NCBI GenBank assembly: GCA_016124905.1
Contig: WGMV01000002.1
Span: 1,257 to 65,256, forward strand
From: a bacterium
GTDB lineage: Bacteria > Pseudomonadota > Alphaproteobacteria > Rickettsiales > RI-342
Length of the DNA: 64,000 nucleotides
Direction: 5' to 3'
In this document: positions 31,218 to 40,166 of the stretch, piece after piece
How the letters are laid out: each line of letters starts with the position of its first letter
Position numbering within the stretch: the first letter of the stretch is position 1
The notes under the pieces: generated by a model
What the model saw: only the letters and a program-made list of their open reading frames with translations
Database searches by the model: none
Told to the model about the DNA's origin: nothing
Position numbers and translations under genes: made by a program

Positions 31218-32515
31218 AACACTCCCAATGCCTTCAATATCCCGCGTGATTTCACCTGAACCTCCTCCAGCTCCTTTTCCGGAACCGAATCGCTGACAAT
31301 TGCGCCACCCACCTGAAACTCAAACCGGTCCCCCTGCATGATGAGGGTGCGGATCACCACCGAGAGATCCATGCTGCCATCCCCGCCGAACCAGCCGATT
31401 GCGCCACTATACACCCCCCTTCGGTATTTCTCCAGATGGGTACAGATCTCCATTGCGCGTATTTTCGGCGCTCCCGTCATCGAGCCGGGCGGAAAACACG
31501 CCTTCACCACATCCAGCGCCGCAATGTCGCTGCGCTTCTGCGCGCGGATGGTGGAATCCATATGATGCACGGTCGCAAAAGGCTGCACCTCGAACAACGC
31601 AGGCACCTCGACACTTCCTGGCACCGCAATGCGCGACAGATCATGCCGCATCAGGTCCACAATCATCAGGTTCTCGGCCCGGTCCTTCTCGCTATGCGCC
31701 AGCTTTTCCGCCAGCGCTGCGTCATCCGCCTTGCTGTCCCCGCGCCGGAGCGTCCCTTTGATCGGCCGCGCCTCGATATGCCCTTTCGCATCCATCGATA
31801 AAAACCGCTCGGGGCTGGAGGAAAGGATTGCCGTCTCCCCCAGTTGCAGAAACGCGCTGTAAGGCGCCGGGCTCACTTCGCACAGTTTGCAGAACAAATC
31901 AAAATGCCGCCATCTACGTCCCTCAACATGCCCCGTATATTTCCGCGTCAGGTTCGCCTGATAGATATCGCCCTCCGCGATATGCTCCAGAATCCTTCCC
32001 ACATTCACCAGATATTCACCATCCGTCATAGGTGAACTCATCACCACCCGGTGCCCCTGCGTCTTCTGCGCAAGCGCGGGCGCATCTTCCGCGCGGGGCA
32101 AGCTGTCCATCGCCTCCGGTGCATCGCTATAGGCAAACAGCCGCTTCGCCGCATGATCGAACACCAGCACATGCGCATAGCGCCGCCATTGCATGTCCGG
32201 CAAGGCGGAGCCGATGCTGATCGCCGCATCCGCCACATCCTCCGGCAGCTTCTCCAGCCGGTTCTTCAACCCATAGCCAAGATACCCGAACCAGGCATGC
32301 TCATATTCATTGTCATATTGGGACAGATGCTCGCTCAACGCATCCCAGTCACCACCATCCACGCGTTTTTCCACACCCCAGGCCAGCAACGATTTCCCAC
32401 CGCTATAGCTCGTCTCCATGCTGGAATAGAACAAGGCCCATTCCGCTTCGCCTCGCTCCGCCAGCCAGTCCGCGCAGGCCAATGGGTGCCGCCAGGGCAG
32501 CTCACGCATCCGCAT
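31214..32515 (-). CDS. pabB: aminodeoxychorismate synthase component I
   Basis: Chorismate-binding domain motifs PPGSMTGAPKIRAMEI and GVYSGAIGWFG. It overlaps the pabC-like gene upstream and faces folK-folP, which supports PabB over TrpE. Confidence 0.82.
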   Translation of the reverse strand: MRMRELPWRHPLACADWLAERGEAEWALFYSSMETSYSGGKSLLAWGVEKRVDGGDWDALSEHLSQYDNEYEHAWFGYLGYGLKNRLEKLPEDVADAAISIGSALPDMQWRRYAHVLVFDHAAKRLFAYSDAPEAMDSLPRAEDAPALAQKTQGHRVVMSSPMTDGEYLVNVGRILEHIAEGDIYQANLTRKYTGHVEGRRWRHFDLFCKLCEVSPAPYSAFLQLGETAILSSSPERFLSMDAKGHIEARPIKGTLRRGDSKADDAALAEKLAHSEKDRAENLMIVDLMRHDLSRIAVPGSVEVPALFEVQPFATVHHMDSTIRAQKRSDIAALDVVKACFPPGSMTGAPKIRAMEICTHLEKYRRGVYSGAIGWFGGDGSMDLSVVIRTLIMQGDRFEFQVGGAIVSDSVPEKELEEVQVKSRGILKALGVL

Positions 32516-33308
32516 TGTCCACCCCCCATTCCTTCAGCAGCGCATGGCGCAGGGCGCGCACCTCATCCGTCCGTTGCCACACATGCCCATGCGGCTTCAG
32601 CAATTCCACCGGCCAAAGCCCCCAGCCTACATTGGTCAGCACCACCCCATCCGCCGCCAGCAAATCAGGCAAACGAAAACGCCCTTCCATCACCTTCACC
32701 CGCCCCATCAGCCAATGGCGCACGCTGCCCGGCAGCACGCCGATATCCAGCGCAGGCGTGAACCACTCACCATTTTTGTGCCAGAAGATATTCGCCGAGC
32801 TCGCCTCCGCCACCCATCCATCCACGGAAAGCAACAGGCACTCATCGCACCCATTCTTCGCCGCATCCATCCGCGCCAGCACGGAATTCAACCCGCTCGC
32901 ATGCTTCACCTCATGCGGCAGACTATCGGAAGGCGGCCTGCGCCATTCCCCCAGCCACAACCGCGCGGCCATTCCCAGAAAAGGTGGTGCCGCGAAATGC
33001 TCCGTCACCACATTCAGCACGGGCTTTTCCGGCGGCAGATAACCGCGCCCCCCCACACCACGGCTCACACCAAGCCTCAACAAGCCATCCGCCTGCGGAA
33101 CCGGCCATTCCACCGCGCCCTCCATGCCAAGCCGCTTCATGCCCTGCATCAAACGCTGCCGATGAAACGCCTCGTTCCAGATGCGCCCCTTCACCACGCG
33201 CATCGTCTCAAACAACCCGTCGCCATAACGGAAGCACCGGTCGGCGGGAGAGATTCCCCCAGCCTCCTCGGCAGGCAAACCATTGATGTAAGCGGGCACA
33301 GATGTCAT
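32502..33308 (-). CDS. pabC: class-IV aminotransferase fold protein, probable aminodeoxychorismate lyase
   Basis: DRCFRYGDGLFETMRV, SSANIFW and GVLPGSVR. I take the start at MTSVPAY (ATG 33308). The ORF-track extension to 33710 is antisense to folK. Confidence 0.75.
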   Translation of the reverse strand: MTSVPAYINGLPAEEAGGISPADRCFRYGDGLFETMRVVKGRIWNEAFHRQRLMQGMKRLGMEGAVEWPVPQADGLLRLGVSRGVGGRGYLPPEKPVLNVVTEHFAAPPFLGMAARLWLGEWRRPPSDSLPHEVKHASGLNSVLARMDAAKNGCDECLLLSVDGWVAEASSANIFWHKNGEWFTPALDIGVLPGSVRHWLMGRVKVMEGRFRLPDLLAADGVVLTNVGWGLWPVELLKPHGHVWQRTDEVRALRHALLKEWGVDNADA

Positions 33309-33335
33309 AGTTATGCTTCTAGACCAGAGGCCCGT

Positions 33336-33851
33336 ATGAATCCAGCGCCAGAACATCACATTCTTCTCAGCCTCGGCAGCAACGTGGGCGACCGCCTTGC
33401 CAACCTCCAGGCCGCGCTGGATCACCTCAAGCCCGTCATCCAGATCACCGCCATCTCCAACGCCTATGAGAATGCCGCCCTCCTGCCGGAAAACGCCCCG
33501 CCGGAATGGAACATCTCCTTCATCAACATCGCCGTGGCCGCCATCACCAACCTCACCCCCCATGCCCTGCTCGAACACACCCAGGCCGCCGAACATGCCG
33601 CCGGTCGCCAGAAGCGCGGCCACTGGGGCCCGCGCGAGGTGGATGTCGATATCCTCGCCTATGACGACCTGGTGCTGCAAACCCCGACCCTCACCCTGCC
33701 CCATTCGCAACTGGATAAGCGCAATTTCGTACTGCTTCCTTTAAACGACATCGCACCCAGATGGGTCCATCCCGTCACCGGCAAACGCGTGTCGGACATG
33801 GCCGCCACCATCGGCTATGACGGCATCCTCGAAGCATTCACCTATGAGTAA
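33336..33851 (+). CDS. folK: 2-amino-4-hydroxy-6-hydroxymethyldihydropteridine pyrophosphokinase
   Basis: ILLSLGSNVGDR, GPREVDVDIL and LTLPHSQLDKRNFVLLPL. ATG 33336 lies inside the long ORF 32544..33851. Confidence 0.88.
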   Translation: MNPAPEHHILLSLGSNVGDRLANLQAALDHLKPVIQITAISNAYENAALLPENAPPEWNISFINIAVAAITNLTPHALLEHTQAAEHAAGRQKRGHWGPREVDVDILAYDDLVLQTPTLTLPHSQLDKRNFVLLPLNDIAPRWVHPVTGKRVSDMAATIGYDGILEAFTYE

Positions 33852-34608
33852 GCTGGTCGGCATCCTCAACATAACGCCCGATTCCTTCTCCGACGGCGGC
33901 GAGCACGACCATGCCGAAACCGCCTACGCCCATGCCAAACAACTCATCAAAGACGGCGCCCACATCATCGATATCGGCGCGGAATCCACCCGCCCGGGCG
34001 CCACCCCCCTCACCCCCGCACAGGAATGGCAACGCCTCTCTCCCATTCTGAGCGACATCATCAAACTCGCCCACAGCAACAACGTGCTCGTCAGCCTCGA
34101 CAGCCGCCACCCCGAAACCATCGCCCGCGCCCTCGGCGAAGGCATCGACTGGGTAAACGACGTTACCGGCTTCCCCCTCGCTATGCTCGATGTCGTCAAA
34201 CACAGCGACGCCACCTGCGTGGTGATGCACAGCCTCACCATCCCGGCCGATCCATCCATCACCCTGCCGGAAAATACCGACGTCTTAACCACCCTCAAAC
34301 AATGGAGCGAAGCAACCGTCACCCGCTTGCAGGAAAACGGCATCGCCCCTCACCGCATCATCCTCGATCCCGGCCTCGGCTTCGGCAAAACCGCCGCCCA
34401 AAGCTGGCGCATCATCGAAAACACCCACGCCATCCGTGTGGAGGGCATCCCCCTCCTCATCGGCCATTCCCGCAAATCATTCCTGAAAACCCTGCCGAAC
34501 CTCAGCGAAACGCGTGATGCCGAAACATACACCCTTTCACGGCAACTCGCCGCGGAAGGCGTGGAATACCTCCGCGTTCACAACATCGCGATGCATCACA
34601 CACTATAG
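33844..34608 (+). CDS. folP: dihydropteroate synthase
   Basis: GILNITPDSFSDGG, DIGAESTRPGA and LIGHSRKSF. ATG 33844 overlaps the folK stop. Confidence 0.9.
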   Translation: MSKLVGILNITPDSFSDGGEHDHAETAYAHAKQLIKDGAHIIDIGAESTRPGATPLTPAQEWQRLSPILSDIIKLAHSNNVLVSLDSRHPETIARALGEGIDWVNDVTGFPLAMLDVVKHSDATCVVMHSLTIPADPSITLPENTDVLTTLKQWSEATVTRLQENGIAPHRIILDPGLGFGKTAAQSWRIIENTHAIRVEGIPLLIGHSRKSFLKTLPNLSETRDAETYTLSRQLAAEGVEYLRVHNIAMHHTL

Positions 34609-34611
34609 ATG

Positions 34612-34731
34612 CCCCTCACCCCAACCCTCTCCCTCACGAGAGAGGGAGTCATGTCAGCGTTGCTGGATTGCTAGAGAAACAAGCGAGGGCACCCCAACCC
34701 TCCCCTTGAGGGAGAGGGTTGGGGTGAGGGG
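34612..34731. repeat. GC-rich palindromic element: perfect 25-bp inverted repeat separated by 70 bp, with an extra inner half-copy
   Basis: The arms are cccctcaccccaaccctctccctca (34612-34636) and tgagggagagggttggggtgagggg (34707-34731). An inner copy caccccaaccctcccc (34690-34705) can pair locally with the right arm. It lies between the convergent folP and parC. Confidence 0.85.
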
Positions 34732-34741
34732 TATCTTAAAC

Positions 34742-36988
34742 CTAAGCGAACTTATTATTCCGCGGAAAGCCCGTCGGCGGCAATTTGCCCGCACTCGCAC
34801 GCTTGCCCAGCCACATGTTCAGGTTTGGCTCCACCCGCTCGCGCTCACCACTTTTCCAGCTAAGGCCATTCTCGCCTTTGAACACTTTAAGATCGCTGAT
34901 ATTGCCATCCTTGTATTTCTGCAGCGTCACACCCTGCCCGCGCTTCATCACGGGGATTTCCTCCAGCTCAAACACCAGCAGCTTGCGGTTCTGGCCAATC
35001 ACGGCCACCTTGTCGCCATCCACCGGCGTGCAGATCACGGCCTTCTGCTTGTCATTCAGGTTCAGCACCTGGCGGCCCTGGCGCGTCTGCGCCACCATGT
35101 CGCCTTCAATGATGCGGAAGCCCTTGCCCTCGCTGGAAGCCACCAGCCACTGGCGCTCATCCGTGCCCGGCTCATTGACAAATAGCGCAACAATATCTTC
35201 CTCGTTCGGCAAATCCACCATCAGGCGAATCGGCTCACCCAGCCCTTTCCCTTTCGGAATCCGGTTGGCAGGCACCGTGTAGCATTTCCCGTCGCTGGCG
35301 AAGAACATCAGCTTATCCGTCGTCTTGCACGGAATAATAAACCGCTCTTCATCGCCCTCTTTATATTTGGCATCCGGCATCTCGGTGAAGGTTCCCTTCA
35401 CCGCGCGCACCCAGCCCATCTTGGAGCAAAGCACCGTGATGGGCTCTTTCTCCACGAATGCTTCCACGGAAATATCGATATCCTTCGGCGCATCCGTCAC
35501 CAGCGTGCGGCGCTTGCCGATTTCCGTCTCCTCGGAAAACATCGCCTTCAGCGCCTTCACATCCTTGGAAAGCCAGCTCATGCGCTTGTCATCGCTGCCA
35601 AGCAATGCTTCCAGCTCCGCCTGCTCGGCCTTCAGCCTGTCATGCTCACCGCGAATCTCGAATTCCTCCAGCTTGCGTAAGGAGCGCAAACGCATGTTGA
35701 GGATGGCCTCCGCCTGATTGTCGGTAAGCCCGAAACGCTCCATCATCACCGGCTTGGGCTTATCCTCCTCACGGATGATGCGAATCACCTCATCCAGGTT
35801 CAGATATGCAACCAGGTAACCTTCCAGCACTTCCAGCCGGTCCTTGATCTTGCCAAGGCGATAACGACTCTTGCGGTCCAGCACCACCAGACGATGGTCG
35901 ATATATTCCTGCAAGATATCCTTCAGGTTCTGCACCTTCGGCACATTGGCCGAGGTGATCACGTTCAAATTCAGCGCAAAACGGCTCTCCAGCTCGGTCA
36001 GCTTGAAGAGCGATTCCATCAGTACTTCCGGCTCCACATTGCGGCTCTTCGGCTCAAACACGATGCGGATAGTCTCCGTCGATTCATCACGGATATTCCC
36101 GAGCAGCGCGAGCTTTTTATCGCGGAACAATTCGGCGATCTTCTCGATCAGGCGCGATTTCTGCACCTGATACGGAATTTCCGTCACCACAATCTGGTAC
36201 AGCCCGTGGCTCAGCTGCTCCACTTCCCATTTGGCGCGCACGCGCAAGCTTCCGCGGCCTGTCTCATACGCCTTCAAAATCGTTTCGGGTGCTTCCACCA
36301 GCGAGCCACCGGTCGGGAAATCCGGCCCCTTCACAAACTGCATCAAATCCGCCACGTCGCTTTTCGGCTTTTTGATCAGCAGCTGAATCGCATCGCACAG
36401 CTCCGCCACGTTATGCGGCGGAATGCTGGTCGCCATTCCCACCGCAATCCCTTCCGATCCATTGGCCAGAAGGTTCGGGAAACGCGCCGACAGCAGCACC
36501 GGCTCAATGTCAGACGAATCATAGGTGGGGCGAAAATCCACCGTGTCATTCTCGATATCTTCGAGCAGCAGCATGGCCACATTGGTCATGCGCGCCTCGG
36601 TATAACGCATCGCCGCCGCGTTATCCCCATCGATGGAACCAAAATTCCCCTGGCCGTCCACCAGCGGGTAGCGCAGCGCAAAACTCTGCGCCATGCGCAC
36701 CATCGTCTCATACACCGCCACATCGCCGTGCGGGTGGTATTTACCGATCACATCCCCCACCACGCGGGCGCATTTCTTATAGCCCGATGCCGGGTCCAGC
36801 TTCAGCTGCAGCATCGCATACAGCACGCGGCGGTGCACCGGCTTCAACCCGTCCCGCACATCCGGCAGCGAACGCGACATGATAGTGGACAGCGCATAAG
36901 AGAGATACCGCTCCGAAAGCGCATTCACGAGTGGCACATCCACAATCGCACCGGCGGGGTCTTGGTGATGGGTCTTCTCTTTGCTCAT
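34742..36988 (-). CDS. parC: DNA topoisomerase IV subunit A
   Basis: [21 protein letters not shown] and the catalytic-Tyr context [10 protein letters not shown]. Length is 748 aa. There is no GyrA box, and a true gyrA is present elsewhere in the window. Confidence 0.88.
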   Translation of the reverse strand: MSKEKTHHQDPAGAIVDVPLVNALSERYLSYALSTIMSRSLPDVRDGLKPVHRRVLYAMLQLKLDPASGYKKCARVVGDVIGKYHPHGDVAVYETMVRMAQSFALRYPLVDGQGNFGSIDGDNAAAMRYTEARMTNVAMLLLEDIENDTVDFRPTYDSSDIEPVLLSARFPNLLANGSEGIAVGMATSIPPHNVAELCDAIQLLIKKPKSDVADLMQFVKGPDFPTGGSLVEAPETILKAYETGRGSLRVRAKWEVEQLSHGLYQIVVTEIPYQVQKSRLIEKIAELFRDKKLALLGNIRDESTETIRIVFEPKSRNVEPEVLMESLFKLTELESRFALNLNVITSANVPKVQNLKDILQEYIDHRLVVLDRKSRYRLGKIKDRLEVLEGYLVAYLNLDEVIRIIREEDKPKPVMMERFGLTDNQAEAILNMRLRSLRKLEEFEIRGEHDRLKAEQAELEALLGSDDKRMSWLSKDVKALKAMFSEETEIGKRRTLVTDAPKDIDISVEAFVEKEPITVLCSKMGWVRAVKGTFTEMPDAKYKEGDEERFIIPCKTTDKLMFFASDGKCYTVPANRIPKGKGLGEPIRLMVDLPNEEDIVALFVNEPGTDERQWLVASSEGKGFRIIEGDMVAQTRQGRQVLNLNDKQKAVICTPVDGDKVAVIGQNRKLLVFELEEIPVMKRGQGVTLQKYKDGNISDLKVFKGENGLSWKSGERERVEPNLNMWLGKRASAGKLPPTGFPRNNKFA

Positions 36989-37020
36989 CTCAAATCCTGT
37001 TCAATTCTCTATTCATATTG

Positions 37021-37048
37021 CGTCATTCCAGCGAAAGCTGGAATCCAG
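37021..37048. repeat. short palindromic repeat cgtcattccagc-gaaa-gctggaatccag
   Basis: 8-bp stem hairpin read directly. It has the same core as the hairpin at 37085-37126, with the loop in the opposite orientation. Confidence 0.7.
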
Positions 37049-37084
37049 CAGGCCGTTGACAACTCAAGACCTGTATTGGTTGCA

Positions 37085-37126
37085 CCGCAGTCTGGATTCC
37101 AGCTTTCGCTGGAATCCAGACTGCGG
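37085..37126. repeat. perfect 19-bp stem / 4-nt loop hairpin (ccgcagtctggattccagc tttc gctggaatccagactgcgg)
   Basis: Read directly. It lies between the recO stop (37166) and the parC start (36988). Confidence 0.8.
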
Positions 37127-37165
37127 CAGCTAAGGTTAAGCAACGGACTATCGCCATTGGCTATG

Positions 37166-37912
37166 TTACGCAGCCAATAAGTTCCAGGTCGGTTCCTTCC
37201 CTATCGGAAGCAGCGCCCACTGGTACAGGAAATGCCGCGATATTGCCAGCGATTCTGCGGCTTCCGGCAAAGAAATATGCCCCACAATTTCCAGCCAGTT
37301 CGGCGGTTTATGCAGCATCACCTCCCGGTACCAGGCAGGCAATTTCAACAGACGCCCCTCATAGGGCCGGGCCGCCTCCGCCCCAACCGCCCCGCCGGAT
37401 TTTGGCGAAACATGCGTCAATTCAACATCTTCCCCCGTCGCCGCGCACTGCAACCAGTCAAACCCATAGCCGATATCCTCCAGCAAAAGCCCCTGCCACA
37501 CGGCAATCGATGCCTGCAATTCCGCCATTTCCCGCGTTTTTTCACACAGCCATTGCAGCCATTGCCGCGTGGCTACATACACATCCGGGTGGCTCTCATG
37601 CTCCGCCATCAGGATGGAAAGCAGCGGCAAACACTCCTGCAACGCCGCCAGCGCCGCCCGCTCCCGCATCAGCAAACTGCCCGCGGGCAGCACCATCTCC
37701 CCGCCAAATATGCCCAAATGCTCCTGCAGCCGCGCGCTCCAGCGCAGCTCCACCACCTGCCCCACCTGCCACAAATTGGCCTGCTTGCCCCGCATCGCGC
37801 CCTTCACCAGCCCGGCGGCCCGCCCGTGGCTGGCCGTCATGGCCTGCACAATGGCCGATGTCTCGCCATGCCTGCGCACCGCCAGCACAATACCTTCATC
37901 CTGCCATTCCAT
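37166..37912 (-). CDS. recO: DNA repair protein RecO
   Basis: N-terminal OB-fold start MEWQDEGIVLAVRRHGETSAIV is typical of RecO. Length is 248 aa. Confidence 0.82.
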   Translation of the reverse strand: MEWQDEGIVLAVRRHGETSAIVQAMTASHGRAAGLVKGAMRGKQANLWQVGQVVELRWSARLQEHLGIFGGEMVLPAGSLLMRERAALAALQECLPLLSILMAEHESHPDVYVATRQWLQWLCEKTREMAELQASIAVWQGLLLEDIGYGFDWLQCAATGEDVELTHVSPKSGGAVGAEAARPYEGRLLKLPAWYREVMLHKPPNWLEIVGHISLPEAAESLAISRHFLYQWALLPIGKEPTWNLLAA

Positions 37913-37994
37913 GCCCAACCTTGCCTGAAGTATCCTTGCCCAAATAGGGTTTTTGCGTTAGCTGCCCATCATAGTTTCCCAAGTTTGTTTCGTC

Positions 37995-39020
37995 ATGCGC
38001 GTAGATTTATTTGATTATCATCTGCCAGAGGAGCTGATCGCCACCAGCCCGGCCACCCCGCGCGATGCCGCCCGGTTGATGGTGGTAGACGGCCCATCGC
38101 GCCAGCACTTGAATGTGCATAACCTGCCCGACCTCCTCCAACCCGGCGACGTGATGGTCTTCAACGATTCCCGGGTCATACCCGCCCGCATCTTCACCGA
38201 AAACAACGTGGAATGCCTCCTCCATCAGCACATGGGCGGCAACCGATGGCGCGTTTTCGCCAAACCGGGCCGCAAGCTGAAACCCGGCCAGCCCGTCGCC
38301 TTCGGCCACAACCTCACCGCCGATGTGCTGGAAAAGCAGGATGACGGCCAGGTCATCCTCTCCTTCTCGCTCGACCACACACAGCTCATGGCATGGCTCA
38401 CCCGGCACGGCCAGATGCCCCTGCCCCCCTACATCCAGAAAAAACGCGCCGCCGACAGCACCGACCAGCAAAGCTACCAGACCATCTACGCCAAACATGA
38501 CGGCTCCGTCGCCGCGCCCACCGCCGGTCTCCACTTCACGCCAGACCTGCTCGCCAAACTCGACGCCAAAAACATTCAGCGCCATTTCGTCACCCTGCAT
38601 GTGGGCGCAGGCACTTTCCAGCCCGTGAAGGTGGACGACACCAATGAACACGTGATGCACGAGGAAATCATCCAGATGGATGAATCCACCGCCACCGCCC
38701 TCAATCAGGCCAAAACGGAAGGCCGCCGCATCATCGTCGTCGGCACCACCGCCCTGCGAACGCTGGAAAGCATCGCGGATGATAACGGCCGTTTCGCCCC
38801 CTTCACCGGCCCCACCGGCATCTTCATCACGCCCGGCTACAATTTCAAATCCGCCGATATGCTCATGACCAACTTCCACCTGCCCAAATCCACGCTCATG
38901 ATGCTCGTATGCGCCTTCGCAGGCATGGAGGAAATGCACGCCGCCTATGCGGAAGCCATCGCAAAACACTACCGTTTCTACTCCTACGGTGATAGCAGCC
39001 TCCTCATGAGGAAAGCATAA
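37995..39020 (+). CDS. queA: S-adenosylmethionine:tRNA ribosyltransferase-isomerase
   Basis: [21 protein letters not shown] and [10 protein letters not shown]. Confidence 0.92.
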   Translation: MRVDLFDYHLPEELIATSPATPRDAARLMVVDGPSRQHLNVHNLPDLLQPGDVMVFNDSRVIPARIFTENNVECLLHQHMGGNRWRVFAKPGRKLKPGQPVAFGHNLTADVLEKQDDGQVILSFSLDHTQLMAWLTRHGQMPLPPYIQKKRAADSTDQQSYQTIYAKHDGSVAAPTAGLHFTPDLLAKLDAKNIQRHFVTLHVGAGTFQPVKVDDTNEHVMHEEIIQMDESTATALNQAKTEGRRIIVVGTTALRTLESIADDNGRFAPFTGPTGIFITPGYNFKSADMLMTNFHLPKSTLMMLVCAFAGMEEMHAAYAEAIAKHYRFYSYGDSSLLMRKA

Positions 39021-39021
39021 A

Positions 39022-40140
39022 ATGAACATGAACTTCAACATCACCCACACCGACGGCAACGCCCGCGCAGGCACCCTGCACACCGCCCATGGTGAAGTGC
39101 AAACCCCTGTTTTCATGCCCGTCGGCACCGCCGCAACCGTCAAGGCCATGACGCCCGAGCAGGTCAAAGCCACCGGCGCTTCCATCATCCTCGGCAACAC
39201 CTACCACCTCATGCTCCGCCCCGGCGCGGAGCGCGTCAGCCGCCTCGGCGGCCTGCACACATTCATGCAATGGCCCGGTCCCATCCTCACCGATTCCGGC
39301 GGGTTTCAGGTCATGTCCCTTTCCTCCTTACGCAAAATCACCGAGGAAGGCGTCACCTTCAAATCCCACATCGACGGCAGCTCCCACCACCTCACGCCCG
39401 AGCGCTCCATCGAAATCCAGCATCATCTGGATTCCACCATTACCATGTGCTTCGACGAATGCACTCCCTTCCCCGCCACGCACAAACAGGCCGCCGACTC
39501 CATGCGCCTTTCCATGCGCTGGGCCAAACGCTCCCTCGATGCCTTCCAGCAACGCGACGGATACGGCATTTTCGGCATTGTCCAGGGCAGCACTTATGAG
39601 GACCTTCGCAAGGAAAGCGCCGACGTTCTAAGCAACATGGATTTTAACGGCCTCGCCATCGGCGGCCTCGCCGTGGGCGAAGGCCAGCAGGCTATGTTCG
39701 ACACGCTCGATGTCACCGTCCCGCACCTTCCCACGCACAAACCGCGCTACCTCATGGGCGTCGGCAAACCGCTCGATATCGTCGGCGCTGTGCTTCGCGG
39801 GGTGGATATGTTCGATTGCGTCATCCCCACCCGCTCCGGCCGCCTGGCCCGCGCCTACACCTCCATCGGCGAGGTCAACATCCGCAACGCCCGCTTCGCC
39901 GAAGACCCGCTCCCGCTTGACGAAGCCTGCAACTGCCCCACCTGCTCCCGCTTTTCCCGCGCTTACCTTCATCACCTGTTCAAAGCCGACGAAATGCTCG
40001 GCCCTATCCTGATGACCTGGCACAACCTCTCTTATTATCAGGAACTCACCCGTCAGCTGCGCACCGCCATTCAGGAAAAACGCCTGACGCAACTGGCCGC
40101 CGACCTGTTCGATCGGCTCGGCAAAACCAAACAATCCTAA
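39022..40140 (+). CDS. tgt: tRNA-guanine transglycosylase
   Basis: [20 protein letters not shown] and the zinc site [17 protein letters not shown]. It starts 1 nt after the queA stop. Confidence 0.93.
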   Translation: MNMNFNITHTDGNARAGTLHTAHGEVQTPVFMPVGTAATVKAMTPEQVKATGASIILGNTYHLMLRPGAERVSRLGGLHTFMQWPGPILTDSGGFQVMSLSSLRKITEEGVTFKSHIDGSSHHLTPERSIEIQHHLDSTITMCFDECTPFPATHKQAADSMRLSMRWAKRSLDAFQQRDGYGIFGIVQGSTYEDLRKESADVLSNMDFNGLAIGGLAVGEGQQAMFDTLDVTVPHLPTHKPRYLMGVGKPLDIVGAVLRGVDMFDCVIPTRSGRLARAYTSIGEVNIRNARFAEDPLPLDEACNCPTCSRFSRAYLHHLFKADEMLGPILMTWHNLSYYQELTRQLRTAIQEKRLTQLAADLFDRLGKTKQS

Positions 40141-40166
40141 CGGTACGGGTTCGCCTGTTGCCCAAT

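Noticed and set aside
32544-33851. 435-aa plus-strand ORF and 402-aa minus-strand ORF (32502..33710) that overlap each other almost completely.
   Set aside because: Only the distal part of each carries family motifs: FolK from ATG 33336 and the class-IV aminotransferase from ATG 33308. The remainders are antisense read-through of the other gene. The same trimming logic was applied to gcvT (17956), pdxH (21355), groES (25552), pcm (45648), the epimerase (46769) and rfbC (48124).
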